64,000 bases of DNA from Deltaproteobacteria bacterium. GTDB lineage: Bacteria; Desulfobacterota; GWC2-55-46. A program made the translations under genes and the position numbers. Below, piece by piece: positions 46,878 through 56,323 of the stretch. Where the stretch lies: the NCBI GenBank assembly GCA_016182655.1, contig JACPGB010000024.1, positions 30,549 to 94,548 on the forward strand, written 5' to 3'. The notes under the pieces were generated by a model. It did no database searches and was not told the origin of the DNA. It was given only the letters and a program-made list of their open reading frames with translations. Positions within the stretch are counted from its first letter, which is position 1, and every line of letters starts with the position of its first letter.

Positions 46878-48236
46878 TCAGAAGGCCTTGATGGGTATTG
46901 AGACCGTCGCCTGCATATCCGGCGCGTCTGCGGTTATGCCGATCCCGAGCGATACGTCGAGCGAGACCTTTCTTGAAAGTATATAAGAGGCCCCTACCCT
47001 GAGCATACCGACGGTAAGGTTCGTCCCCGGAACATCCTCTCCCTGGAGCGTCGTCTCTCCGGTAAACCTCTGGTCCCACCCGAAGTTTATAGACGCATCG
47101 GGGTTCAGCGACAACCCCATGCCGAGCTGGAACCCGGCGGTATCTCCGGGGTCTATCCGCCCCGAGGTCTTGTGCGCGGGGAGGTTCGCGGTGTACGAAA
47201 ACCCGGCGTAGAGCGCGAGCGGGTCCCGGAGCTTGAGCATCGTCGCGGTCGCCTGTATGCCGTTAAAGCCCGTGCCGAGCGCAAGGTCGTCGTCCGTTAT
47301 GCCGAACGGGCTTTTCCCGGTCGTCGTCTTCCACCGGAGGCCCGTAAGCAGGTCCGGGAACCAACCCTTCTCCTTTAATGCCTGCCATGTGAGCCCGGCC
47401 TCGATGTCGCCGAAGCCGGTCGTCGAGTGTTTCGTCTCGACATTCTCGGTTGTGACCTTTTTTTCGTTTGCGTGGCTGTAAGGGACGTAGACCTCGGCCT
47501 GGAGGTCCCTGGGGAGCCCGAGCCGGAACGTCAGCGACGGCATATAGGTGTCCCTCCTTACCCGTTCGGAAGTTATGTCGCCGACGACGAGTATCGGGAG
47601 GATCGTGAAGCCGTCGACGATGACCTCTTCCGAGGACGAATGTATGTAGGTAAAGCCGGGCGAGACTTCGAGGGACCAGGGAGCAAGGAGCAGACCGCCC
47701 TTTTCTATGACCGTCCTTTCCAGCGCGGTACGGGCCGCGTCTTCGTCGGCGGACGAGGCCCGCTCCGGCGTTATCGCGCCGGCCTTTTGGGCGTTACGGA
47801 GGCCGTCGACCTCGAGCTCAAGCATCTCTATCCTTCTTTTAAGCTCCTCGGCCTCCCTTTCCCTTTGCCAGAGGATATGGGCGGGCGGCATCCTGAGCCC
47901 CTCGTCCGAGAGCGTCTCGTCGATCGGTTCCGTTGCAGGGGCCGCCTCCGGCACAAGCACCGTCTCGCTTTCCGATACCTGCTCCGATACGGGCTCGGCA
48001 TCAAGCGCCGGTTCAGGCTCGCTGTCCGTCTCGACGCCCTCGGGTCCGCGCTCTGATACGGGCTCCGCCTCTTCAGGGGCGTAGCCGGCCTCTTCCTGCG
48101 AATGGACCGTCTCTTCCGTTACGCCATCGTCAACCGAAGCCTCTTCCGAGAGAGCTACAGCCGGTAAAGCCGCGAGTAAAACGGAGAGGAGTACCGCGAT
48201 AAGCGAAAAAAAGTATGCTGTTTTCTTAAGGGCCAT
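46878..48236 (-). CDS. Outer-membrane beta-barrel with N-terminal acidic linker and coiled coil; FapF-like amyloid secretion channel (tentative)
   Basis: Signal peptide, Glu/Pro/Val-rich linker, coiled coil REREAEELKRRIEMLELEVDGLRNAQKA, barrel strands and C-terminal ...IPIKAF. The architecture matches FapF. Confidence 0.5.
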   Translation of the reverse strand: MALKKTAYFFSLIAVLLSVLLAALPAVALSEEASVDDGVTEETVHSQEEAGYAPEEAEPVSERGPEGVETDSEPEPALDAEPVSEQVSESETVLVPEAAPATEPIDETLSDEGLRMPPAHILWQREREAEELKRRIEMLELEVDGLRNAQKAGAITPERASSADEDAARTALERTVIEKGGLLLAPWSLEVSPGFTYIHSSSEEVIVDGFTILPILVVGDITSERVRRDTYMPSLTFRLGLPRDLQAEVYVPYSHANEKKVTTENVETKHSTTGFGDIEAGLTWQALKEKGWFPDLLTGLRWKTTTGKSPFGITDDDLALGTGFNGIQATATMLKLRDPLALYAGFSYTANLPAHKTSGRIDPGDTAGFQLGMGLSLNPDASINFGWDQRFTGETTLQGEDVPGTNLTVGMLRVGASYILSRKVSLDVSLGIGITADAPDMQATVSIPIKAF

Positions 48237-48969
48237 GCCTTGTCGGTGGGTCGGGCCTTATGCCGGATACCGCCCTTCCCAGGGCGGCGCCGTCGGTTAC
48301 GAGGAAGTCTTCCGCGCCAGGGTCCAGCCCGCCGGAGATCTCAGTCCCCTCTTTTTTCAGTACGAAACCTATGCCGTTTTTCCAGATCTCCAGAAACTTG
48401 TTCTTCCGCATGGTGACCGTTCCGTAGACCGGGTCCGAGAAGAGGACGCGGTCGCCGTACACCCCCCTGAACACCACGAAGTGGTCGTAATTTTTTATGT
48501 TAACGGGGATTATTGCCGGGGTTTTGAACCCTGTCAAGTCGTCGAGCGTAAGTTCCGCGTACCCTGCGCCCTTGTACCCGTACCTGTCCGAGAATTTTTT
48601 GAGGTCCATGAGAGAGAAGCCGCCCCTCGCCCTGACCTTCAAGGGGTCCGTGGTCTTCAATATCCCGATGATTATCTCGCTTTCCGGGACAGGGTCGTTG
48701 TAATGATACGTAAGGAGCGTGGAGAGCGCGGCGGCCCCGCAGCTCATGTCCCACTTCTGCTTAACGACGTTCGTCTGCCGGAGTTCCTGGAACGAGCGCA
48801 CCCCGGCCTCGGCCCTTGTCCCCCCTATTCCGAGCGGCAGTACGCCGCCGTCCGCCGCTTGCGCGGCCGACAGGACGATCAAGACTATCAAGGCGCATCT
48901 TGCGAGCAATCTTTGCCTCCTTGTAAAAAAAGGCCATGCCGGGGCGGGAAGCCCGGCATGGCCTCGCAT
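48226..48969 (-). CDS. Periplasmic papain-like peptidase, family C39 (FapD-like)
   Basis: Hydrophobic N-terminal signal or anchor. The catalytic Cys context QKWDMSCGAAALSTLLTYHY is typical of C39 bacteriocin-processing peptidase domains. Confidence 0.7.
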   Translation of the reverse strand: MRGHAGLPAPAWPFFTRRQRLLARCALIVLIVLSAAQAADGGVLPLGIGGTRAEAGVRSFQELRQTNVVKQKWDMSCGAAALSTLLTYHYNDPVPESEIIIGILKTTDPLKVRARGGFSLMDLKKFSDRYGYKGAGYAELTLDDLTGFKTPAIIPVNIKNYDHFVVFRGVYGDRVLFSDPVYGTVTMRKNKFLEIWKNGIGFVLKKEGTEISGGLDPGAEDFLVTDGAALGRAVSGIRPDPPTRHGP

Positions 48970-49899
48970 TTAGCGGGTCTGATACAGGTTGTTGTACTGG
49001 GAGGGGGCCGAGATCGTCTGGGCCGTCGCGGCGCCGCCGTTGACCGAGATCGAGCCGAGCGCGATGTTCACGCCGTTCAACGCGAGGCTCGACGAGGCGT
49101 TCGTCACGTTGAGCGCGGAAGCGCCCTGGAACGAATCACAGCCAAGGGTAACGTCGTCCTCCCTCGCGACCTCGAGGTCGGAGGAGTCGCCTGTGATGTA
49201 GGTGGCGACCGCGTAATCGAGCTCGGAGGTGGTCTCGCTTGACGAGCACGACTCGGCGGTCTCGAACGAGTTGTTCATCGCGGAGGAGCATGAAGCGCCC
49301 GCCGCCGTTACGCAGGCCGCGCCCCTGTCGGCGGTAGCGTAGCCTACGTCATAGACCTCGGCGTAGATCGTATTGTCCGTCCCATTTCCGGCCGCGGCCG
49401 CGCCCCTGCCGTAGTTGGCGTCGAGCGAGGCGGAATCGAGCGAGAACGAGAAGCCGTTCTCATAGGACAGCCCGTTTATGGCGATGCTCAGCGTCGCCGG
49501 GTCCACCCCCGCCGAGCTGTGCGTCACATCCGAGTAGCTGCTTGCTCTCTCGCCATAGTGATCGCCGTGAGTGATGTACCCCGCGTCGGCGTTTGCATAC
49601 TGCTCCATCGTGTTGTTCTGCTGGAAGTCTCCCGCGTAGCCGAGGAAGTTGACGCCGTTCGCGGCGAGGCTCTCCGCCGTATTCGAGATGTTCAGCGCCT
49701 GCGAGTCGGCAAGGGAGGAGCCGCTTAACGCCACTTCCCCTGTTTCGCTTATCGACGCCGAGGCGTCATTTCCTATTATGGCGCTCCCGGCGACGACGCC
49801 GTCGAGATCCCCGTCAGTCAGCGCCTTCGGGGCCGCGGAGGCCTGGGAGGCCCAGGCGAGGACCACGATGCCGAGAGACGCGACAATGAATCTTTTCAT
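48970..49899 (-). CDS. Secreted Ser/Ala/Asn/Gly-rich repeat protein, paralog 1 (candidate amyloid/fibre subunit)
   Basis: Signal peptide MKRFIVASLGIVVLAWASQASA, then ALTDGDLDGVVAGS, then repeats such as ALNISNTAESLAANGVNFLG / ALNVTNASSSLALNGVNIALG. C-terminus QYNNLYQTR. Confidence 0.55.
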   Translation of the reverse strand: MKRFIVASLGIVVLAWASQASAAPKALTDGDLDGVVAGSAIIGNDASASISETGEVALSGSSLADSQALNISNTAESLAANGVNFLGYAGDFQQNNTMEQYANADAGYITHGDHYGERASSYSDVTHSSAGVDPATLSIAINGLSYENGFSFSLDSASLDANYGRGAAAAGNGTDNTIYAEVYDVGYATADRGAACVTAAGASCSSAMNNSFETAESCSSSETTSELDYAVATYITGDSSDLEVAREDDVTLGCDSFQGASALNVTNASSSLALNGVNIALGSISVNGGAATAQTISAPSQYNNLYQTR

Positions 49900-49937
49900 T
49901 TAACGCTCCTTTCTGTTGTTAAGCCCGCTGACCGCCC

Positions 49938-50336
49938 TCAGAGACTGCCCGAGAGGTTCAACTGTTGCAGCGAGCCGACGCTTGAGTTGACGTTGATGTT
50001 GAGGTTCAATAGGACCTGTATCGCAGAGTCCACCGCGGTGATGTTGACGAGTGAGCTAAGGCCGCTCTGCGCGTTGCCGCTTATCGCGATCGACCCGAGC
50101 TTATCCGGCGCGCCCATGAGAAGGTCGAGCGAGCCGTCGCCCGAAACGTCAAAGTCGTCTCCCGCCTTGCTGAAGCTGAAGTACATGGTCGAGTCGACGA
50201 ACTCCGTGTTGACCGAGCCCGCCGCGACAGTCTCCATCTCTGCGTCCGATAGCGCCCTCCCGGCCATCGCGCCGCCGGGGTACAGGAGCGAGGCGGCGGC
50301 GAGTACCGAGAGGGCGAGCATCGCTTTTTTCTTCAT
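49938..50336 (-). CDS. Small secreted protein related to the repeat proteins
   Basis: Start MKKKAML at about 50336 with a GGAGGAGG RBS. Signal peptide, then ALSDAEMETVAAGS, then LSSLVNITAVDSAI and Asn/Leu repeats. Confidence 0.45.
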   Translation of the reverse strand: MKKKAMLALSVLAAASLLYPGGAMAGRALSDAEMETVAAGSVNTEFVDSTMYFSFSKAGDDFDVSGDGSLDLLMGAPDKLGSIAISGNAQSGLSSLVNITAVDSAIQVLLNLNINVNSSVGSLQQLNLSGSL

Positions 50337-50355
50337 ACCCCTCCTCCCGCCGCTC

Positions 50356-51240
50356 TTAGCGGTACTGGTAGACATTGTTGACCTGGCTTACGCAGTAGGA
50401 GGAGCCGCCCCACGCGACGTTCACCGCGTTCGCAACCGCGCTTGACGCCGCGTTCACGACATTAAAGGCCGATATGCCCTGCATGGCGTTGCCGGAAAGG
50501 CTCACGCTGTTGTTCGTCTCGACATCGAGCTCCGAGCCGTCGCCGGTCATGTAGGTCGCGTAGGCGTCCTGGATCTGGGATGTGGTCGAGTGCTCCTCGT
50601 TCTGGTTCTCGTTCTGATAATCGGTGTTAAGCGCCGCCGAGCAGGAAGAGCCCGCGCCGGTAACGCACGCCACCCCCTTGTCGGCCGAGGCGTTGCCTAC
50701 GTCGTAGAGCTCGGTATAGGCGTTGTCCCCGGCTACGGCCGAACCCCTGCCGTAGTTGGCGTCAAGGGAGGCCGAGTCGAGCGAGAATGAGAAGCCGTCC
50801 TCAAGCGTCACCCCGTTTATGGCGATGTTGAGGCTTGCGGGCTCGACCCCTGCCGAGCTGTGGAAGGTCTCGGAGGTATGATTGCTATTGGACGCATACG
50901 AGTCCTGGTGGTTCCAGTTCGATACGTAAGCCTGCTCGTCCTGCGTGATATTGTTGGCCTGGTCTATGACCGAGCTCGATCCGATGATGTTAACACCGTT
51001 GGCGACGAGGCTCTCGGAGGCGTTCGTGAAGTTCAGGGCCGAGGCGTCGGAGGCCGCATAGCCGGAGAGGTCCACGGTCCCGGTCGTCTGTATCGAGGCC
51101 GAGGAATCAAAGCCCACTATGGCGCTGCCTGCGGCGATGGAATCGAGCTCTCCGTCGGTAAGGGCCTTCGGGGCCGCGGACGCGTCAAACGCGAACGCCA
51201 AGAGGAACACTCCCATTGAGGCAAGGACCAATCTTTTCAT
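50356..51240 (-). CDS. Secreted Ser/Ala/Asn/Gly-rich repeat protein, paralog 2
   Basis: Start MKRLVLASMGV at 51238-51240 with an AAGGAG RBS. Has ALTDGELDSIAAGS, ALNFTNASESLVANGVNIIG, ISAFNVVNAASSAVANAVNVAWG and C-terminal VNNVYQYR. About half identical to paralog 1. Confidence 0.55.
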   Translation of the reverse strand: MKRLVLASMGVFLLAFAFDASAAPKALTDGELDSIAAGSAIVGFDSSASIQTTGTVDLSGYAASDASALNFTNASESLVANGVNIIGSSSVIDQANNITQDEQAYVSNWNHQDSYASNSNHTSETFHSSAGVEPASLNIAINGVTLEDGFSFSLDSASLDANYGRGSAVAGDNAYTELYDVGNASADKGVACVTGAGSSCSAALNTDYQNENQNEEHSTTSQIQDAYATYMTGDGSELDVETNNSVSLSGNAMQGISAFNVVNAASSAVANAVNVAWGGSSYCVSQVNNVYQYR

Positions 51241-51644
51241 TTCTTTCTCCTTTTCTTTTTTGATTTTGTAAAATGAATGCCCATGAAGAGCATGAGGCAA
51301 TGAAAAAATTTCGCACGCCGCCCGGTTACCACCTCCTTTTCCTTTCAGGGTTGGATGATGTATATAGCAAGAACCGTGCCTCGGCACGCGGCTCGGCCGT
51401 ATGTCGCCGATATCGTTCGGGAACTTGAATGGCGCGGCCTAAAAGGCCTGAGAGGGGCGGGACAAGGCGTAAACTGAAGGCGACTCGCAACACTCCACCC
51501 GGGGTGACAGTCTTTCAGAAGGGAGTGGAAAAGCCCGCCATCGGCGCGGGCGTTGTGCCCCTCGGGTGTTCGGCGGGAAACTGTAAAAAATCCTTACAGC
51601 GTAAAAAATATTTTTACGTTTCAGGAAAAACTTTTTAGAAAAAA

Positions 51645-52250
51645 TTATTTCCAGGGTGACCTTTTCTTTACGTCCATCCAGGTGAGCCTGTTTATTATGT
51701 AAAGGAGCGCCGTTAGGACGGCCATGTAAACGATGACCTTCGCGCCGACCGACGACCTCTCCTTGGCGGGCTCCGCGGCCTCGAGCAGGAACGCGGCCGC
51801 GTCGTTCGCCTTTTTCTTGAGCTCCGGGTCGTCGAGCGGGATCGGCGGCGGCATGGCTATCGCCCCCTCGGTCTGCGTCTCCTCGGCAAATGCCGCGTTC
51901 ATCATCCGCCCGTCCTCGCCGACCGAGTAGCTTGTAAGTAGCCTGTAGATGTACTCCGCGCCCTCGGTCCCCTTGCCTCTGGAGATCGCCATGAGGCTCA
52001 AGTCGGGCGCCTCGGCCCCCAACGAGGCCTTCATCGCCTCGGTCTCCATCTGGGGCTTTATCCCCTCCCTGTGCTCTGCGTCCCTGTAATATTTGAGGCC
52101 GTGGCAGAGCGCGCATTGCGACAGATACACCTCTTTACCCCTCCCTACCGCCTCCCTGGAGAGGTCGAGTCTTACGCGCTCCGCGCTTGAGCCCGCGCGC
52201 GGGGCCGTCAACATGAATATAAAAAGGATAAGAGGCGCGAGGATGCGCAT
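51645..52250 (-). CDS. petC: Cytochrome c1-like mono-heme subunit of the bc1 complex
   Basis: Signal peptide, CALCHG heme site and a C-terminal TM anchor; directly downstream of cytochrome b. Confidence 0.7.
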   Translation of the reverse strand: MRILAPLILFIFMLTAPRAGSSAERVRLDLSREAVGRGKEVYLSQCALCHGLKYYRDAEHREGIKPQMETEAMKASLGAEAPDLSLMAISRGKGTEGAEYIYRLLTSYSVGEDGRMMNAAFAEETQTEGAIAMPPPIPLDDPELKKKANDAAAFLLEAAEPAKERSSVGAKVIVYMAVLTALLYIINRLTWMDVKKRSPWK

Positions 52251-53477
52251 TCAATCCCCCCTGTCTTCAGTTGAAAGAAACTCCCCTGCCGGGGTCCTCA
52301 CCGGCTCGTAGTAGGACACTATCGGCATGGTTATGAAATAAAGCAGGTAATATGACGCCGCGAACACCCCGAGCGTGTGCATGGTGACGCCGAGAAATGA
52401 GACCGCGTTCGGCTGGTACTTGCCCACGTACCCGAGGAGGACGAAGTCAACGAAGAATATCCATGTGAGGACCCTCTTTACGGGCCTGTAGCGCGCGCTC
52501 CTCACTTTCGAGCGGTCGAGGACCGGGAGCAACCCTATGGACAATATGGCTGTGGCGAGCGCGACGACCCCGCCGAGCTTGCTCGGCACGGTCTTCAATA
52601 TCGCGTAGAACGGAAGAAGGTACCATTCGGCTACTATGTTAAGCGGCGTTTCCAGCGGGTTCGCGGGCTCGTTATTGACCGGCTCAAGGAACATCCTCGG
52701 GTCGAAGAAGACGATGTAGAGGAAAACAAGCGCGTAAAGGGCCAAGAACCAGAGGTCCTTGGTCACGTAGTACGGATAGAACGGCACGGAGAGCGGCCAC
52801 TTCTTGTCGAAATCCACGCCCTCGGGGTTGTTCGAGCCGGTCATGCGGAGCGCTATCAAATGGAGGGCTATAAGCGAGCCGATTACCGCTACGGGAATGA
52901 ACGTCGTGTGCAGGGCGAAGAACCTCGTCAACGTCGCGTCCCCCATCGCGAAGTCGCCCCTTATCAAGGCCGTCAGCCCGGGCCCGACGACGGGTATGAC
53001 TGTGAACACGTTCGTTATCGCAGTCGCGCCCCAAAAAGACATCTGCCCCCACGGGAGCACATATCCCATGAACGCCTCGGCCATGAACGACAGAAAGATG
53101 AAAAACCCTATGTACCAGAGGAGCTCCCTCGGCTTCTTGTACGAGCCGTAATACAGCCCCCTTGCCATATGGACGTAGATGGCCACGAATATCGCCGTGG
53201 AGCCGTTTGCGTGGATGTTCCTTATGAGCCAGCCCCAGTGGACCTCACGCATGATGTACTGGACCGAGTCGAAGGCCAGCGCCGCGTCCGGCTTGTAGAA
53301 CATCGCGAGCCAGATCCCGGTTATGACCTGGACCGCGTAGAAGGTCCCGGCTATCGCGCCGAAGTTCCAGAGGTAGCTCAGGTTCCTCGGGGCGTGGTAG
53401 CCGGTAAGGTTCTTCTCGATGAAGTCGGATAGCGGTAATCGCCTGTTTATCCAGTCAAGCACACCCTTTGGACTCAT
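52251..53477 (-). CDS. petB: Cytochrome b of the bc1 complex
   Basis: 408 aa with the cytochrome b His ligands and an N-terminal region like NFGAIAG...ITGI. Confidence 0.9.
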   Translation of the reverse strand: MSPKGVLDWINRRLPLSDFIEKNLTGYHAPRNLSYLWNFGAIAGTFYAVQVITGIWLAMFYKPDAALAFDSVQYIMREVHWGWLIRNIHANGSTAIFVAIYVHMARGLYYGSYKKPRELLWYIGFFIFLSFMAEAFMGYVLPWGQMSFWGATAITNVFTVIPVVGPGLTALIRGDFAMGDATLTRFFALHTTFIPVAVIGSLIALHLIALRMTGSNNPEGVDFDKKWPLSVPFYPYYVTKDLWFLALYALVFLYIVFFDPRMFLEPVNNEPANPLETPLNIVAEWYLLPFYAILKTVPSKLGGVVALATAILSIGLLPVLDRSKVRSARYRPVKRVLTWIFFVDFVLLGYVGKYQPNAVSFLGVTMHTLGVFAASYYLLYFITMPIVSYYEPVRTPAGEFLSTEDRGD

Positions 53478-53496
53478 GCCTATGGTCTCCTTTGGG

Positions 53497-54126
53497 TTAC
53501 CTGGCCTCGGGGAGCTGTGTTATGGTCCTCGCGTCCTCGCCGTAGCCTCCGAAGGCCTCTGTGCCGAGGATGAGCGTCCTGTCGTCGACGATCTTATAAG
53601 GGAGCAGGTGCAGGTTTTCAGGCGGAGGCCCGCCGAGGCGGCGTCCGAGGGTGTCGTACAGCCCGCCGTGGCAGAGGCAGTAAAATCCGGGCTCTTCGCC
53701 CTTGGGGAGCCTGTCCGGCATGAACCTGGGCACGCACCCGAGATGCGTGCATATGCCGATGCCGACAAAGATGTCGGGGCGATAAGAGCGCTCGGAAACC
53801 GTAGCCGGGTCGGCAAGCTCCGAGGGGTCGGTCTCCTCGGTCGTCCTTATCATCCGGGAAGTCCTCCGGAGGATAAAGACAGGGGACTTCCTCCAGACGA
53901 CCTTCTTGAAACCGCCCTCCTTGAGGTCCGAGATGTCGACCTCCGTTCTCCCGGATGCGAGTATCCCCTTCGAGGGCTCCATGGCCCTGATAAACGGTAT
54001 GGCCGATGCGACGGCCCCTGCCGCCCCCATCACCGAGGCCGTAGCCACAAGGATCTTAAGGAACTTCCTCCGGGTAAGCTCTTCCTCTCCGCCCACGGTG
54101 CGCCTCCTTGAAAGGCAAAGCGTCAA
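53497..54126 (-). CDS. petA: Rieske 2Fe-2S subunit (Tat signal)
   Basis: RRKFLKILVA twin-arginine motif; CTHLGC...CLCHGG Rieske boxes. Confidence 0.85.
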   Translation of the reverse strand: MTLCLSRRRTVGGEEELTRRKFLKILVATASVMGAAGAVASAIPFIRAMEPSKGILASGRTEVDISDLKEGGFKKVVWRKSPVFILRRTSRMIRTTEETDPSELADPATVSERSYRPDIFVGIGICTHLGCVPRFMPDRLPKGEEPGFYCLCHGGLYDTLGRRLGGPPPENLHLLPYKIVDDRTLILGTEAFGGYGEDARTITQLPEAR

Positions 54127-54352
54127 ACCAAAGCCCTGCGCTCCTCGGCGCGCTTAGGGCTACCGTGTTCCGACGCTTTTGCACGACGCGTAATCGATCA
54201 TGCCGCCATGAGAGGATATTGTACGGCTTTCCCCTCACTATTAAAGTCTATCAGAGGAAATCGGATATGCACGGGGAGCGGGCCTTGAAAGTCGGCAACC
54301 CTGGGGATCGGCTACAAGAATTCCACTATTTCCACGGGGTATCTCATCAAAC

Positions 54353-54391
54353 TTCCCTCCCTTGACGGGAGGGGGTCGTGGGGAGGGTGGA
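54353..54391. repeat. Family 3 hairpin repeat, short copy C
   Basis: CCCTCCCTTGACGGGAGGGGGTCGTGGGGAGGGTGG. Confidence 0.6.
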
Positions 54392-54479
54392 AAAACGGCC
54401 CGCCTCTCCATATGCATACCCGACGAAGGCAGGGGACTAAAAATTGCGGCAAACCCGGGCGGGGTATTTCCGCCGGGAG

Positions 54480-54522
54480 AAATAAAAAAAAGGCCGCGCG
54501 GACGGTTTCGTCCGCGCGGCCC
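54480..54522 (-). terminator. Intrinsic terminator of the sigma-factor gene (GGGCCGCGCGGACGAAACCGTCCGCGCGGCC plus U-run on the minus strand)
   Basis: 12-bp GC stem followed by eight T on the minus strand, about 15 nt after the stop codon. Confidence 0.7.
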
Positions 54523-54534
54523 TTTGCAGAAGGC

Positions 54535-55542
54535 TTAAACTACATCGGTGAATTCGACCTCGGTCTCCTCGAGCACTTTCTTGAGCTTGAGAAGCGCCTT
54601 CGCCTCTATCTGCCTCACCCTCTCCCTCGTTATGCCGAACCGTTTTCCCACGGTCTCAAGCGTCTCCGGCTCCTTTCCGTCGAGGCCGAAACGCATCCTG
54701 ATGATCGTCCTCTCGTTAGGATCGAGCGTGTCCAGCCAGACCTCTATTCGCGCGGCTCTTATAGTCGCGTCGGCCGAGGCTATCGGCTCGGGCGCGGAGG
54801 TGTCCTCAAGCACGTCGAGGAGCATCTGCTCGCCGTCCTCGGTCACCGGGGACTCGAGCGAAAAGGTCTTCTTGTTTATGGTGTGGAGCTTCTTTACGTA
54901 CCTGCCCGAGAGCCCCGTCTTCTCCGAGAGCTCCCTTACGCTCGGCTCCCTGCCGGATGAGGCGGAAAGCTCCCTTTCGGCCCTCGATAGCTTCGAGATG
55001 TCCGTGGAGATATGGATAGGGAGCCTGACCGTATTGGCCTGGTTCGCTATCGCCCTGTCTATCGACTGCCTTATCCAGTAAGTCGCGTAGGTGGAGAACT
55101 TGCATCCCTTCGAGAGCTTGAACCTCTCGACCGCCTTTATAAGGCCGATGTTCCCCTCTTCGATCAGGTCCTGGATAGGGAGCCCCCTGTTCAGGTATCT
55201 CTTGGCTATGTTGATGACGAGGCGAAGGTTCGCCTCTATCATCTTCCTTCTCGCGTCACCGTCGCCCCGGGCTACCCTTCTGGCGAGGTCTTTTTCCTCC
55301 TCGAGCTTCAGGAGCGGTATCTTTTTGATGCTGTTAAAGTATATGGTTACGGAATCGGCGGAGAGGCCCTCGTCAGCCCCTCTCCTGGCGCCTTCGTCGG
55401 CTCCAACTCCATCGTAGTCCCGCGAGGGACGCTTCAGACCGCCTGAAAAGCGGTCCTTTCTGCCTCCGTCAAGCCCCTCCGTCGGGGCCGGACGGAAGCC
55501 GCCTTCCGGTATCTCCTCGTAGCAGAGATACTCAACTGACAT
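54535..55542 (-). CDS. Sigma-70 family sigma factor, group 2 (RpoS/RpoD-like)
   Basis: Regions 2 to 4 are present (IEANLRLVINIAKRY; GLIKAVERFK; region 4 LTDPNERTIIRMRFGL...TLETVGKRFGITRERVRQIE). Confidence 0.8.
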   Translation of the reverse strand: MSVEYLCYEEIPEGGFRPAPTEGLDGGRKDRFSGGLKRPSRDYDGVGADEGARRGADEGLSADSVTIYFNSIKKIPLLKLEEEKDLARRVARGDGDARRKMIEANLRLVINIAKRYLNRGLPIQDLIEEGNIGLIKAVERFKLSKGCKFSTYATYWIRQSIDRAIANQANTVRLPIHISTDISKLSRAERELSASSGREPSVRELSEKTGLSGRYVKKLHTINKKTFSLESPVTEDGEQMLLDVLEDTSAPEPIASADATIRAARIEVWLDTLDPNERTIIRMRFGLDGKEPETLETVGKRFGITRERVRQIEAKALLKLKKVLEETEVEFTDVV

Positions 55543-55686
55543 TCAGGACCATCTCCTTCCACGGAGCCGACCCCGTCCAGCCTCTCGGCTGTGGGATCGC
55601 CTCCCGCACTCCTGGCGCCTCGGACCGCGCATCGGTCCTTGGAGCGCCAGAGGCCTTACGCTTGCATTTCGCCGTCCTTAAGTCCC

Positions 55687-56286
55687 TTAGAAGTGCGACT
55701 CGGCGTAGCTCACGAGCCCCTTCTGGTCGGGCTTCATGCCTGCCTCGCCCTTCTGCCAGTTGGCCGGGCAGACCTCGCCGTGCTTCTCGTTGAACTGGAT
55801 GGCGTCCAATACCCTCAACACCTCGTCTACGTTCCTGCCGAGCGGCAGGTCGTTTATCGTTATGTGACGTATCTTACCGAGCTTGTCGATTATGAAGAGG
55901 CCGCGTAGCGCTATCCCCGGCTTTTCGACAAGCACCCCGTAGTCCCGGCTTATCGACTTGTCGAGGTCGGAGATGAGCGGGTAGCTTATGTCTCCTATGC
56001 CGCCTTTCTTCCTCTCGGTCCCCCTCCACGCGATGTGCGAAAAATGGCTGTCGACCGATACGCCGAGCACCTGCGCCTTCCTCAACTCGAACTCCTCTAT
56101 CCTCTCGCTCATGGCGATGATCTCGGTCGGGCATACGAACGTAAAGTCCAGCGGATAGAAGAAAAGAACGACATGCTTGCCCCTGTAGTCCGAAAGTTTT
56201 ATCTCCTTGACCGAACCGTCCTCCATGACAGCCTGCGCCTTGAAGTCCGGGGCCTCGTTCTGAACTATCGCGTTTGTCTCCGTCAT
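55687..56286 (-). CDS. ahpC: Typical 2-Cys peroxiredoxin (AhpC/Prx1)
   Basis: FTFVCPTEI peroxidatic Cys and a C-terminal resolving Cys (EVCPA). Confidence 0.9.
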   Translation of the reverse strand: MTETNAIVQNEAPDFKAQAVMEDGSVKEIKLSDYRGKHVVLFFYPLDFTFVCPTEIIAMSERIEEFELRKAQVLGVSVDSHFSHIAWRGTERKKGGIGDISYPLISDLDKSISRDYGVLVEKPGIALRGLFIIDKLGKIRHITINDLPLGRNVDEVLRVLDAIQFNEKHGEVCPANWQKGEAGMKPDQKGLVSYAESHF

Positions 56287-56323
56287 TTTAAAATTCCTCC
56301 CATTTCTTTTGTTTTTTTTATTT

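Noticed and set aside
54127-54534. Possible small genes between petA and the sigma-factor gene
   Set aside because: Only repeats, a terminator hairpin and promoter-like AT tracts are present. No ORF has coding character.
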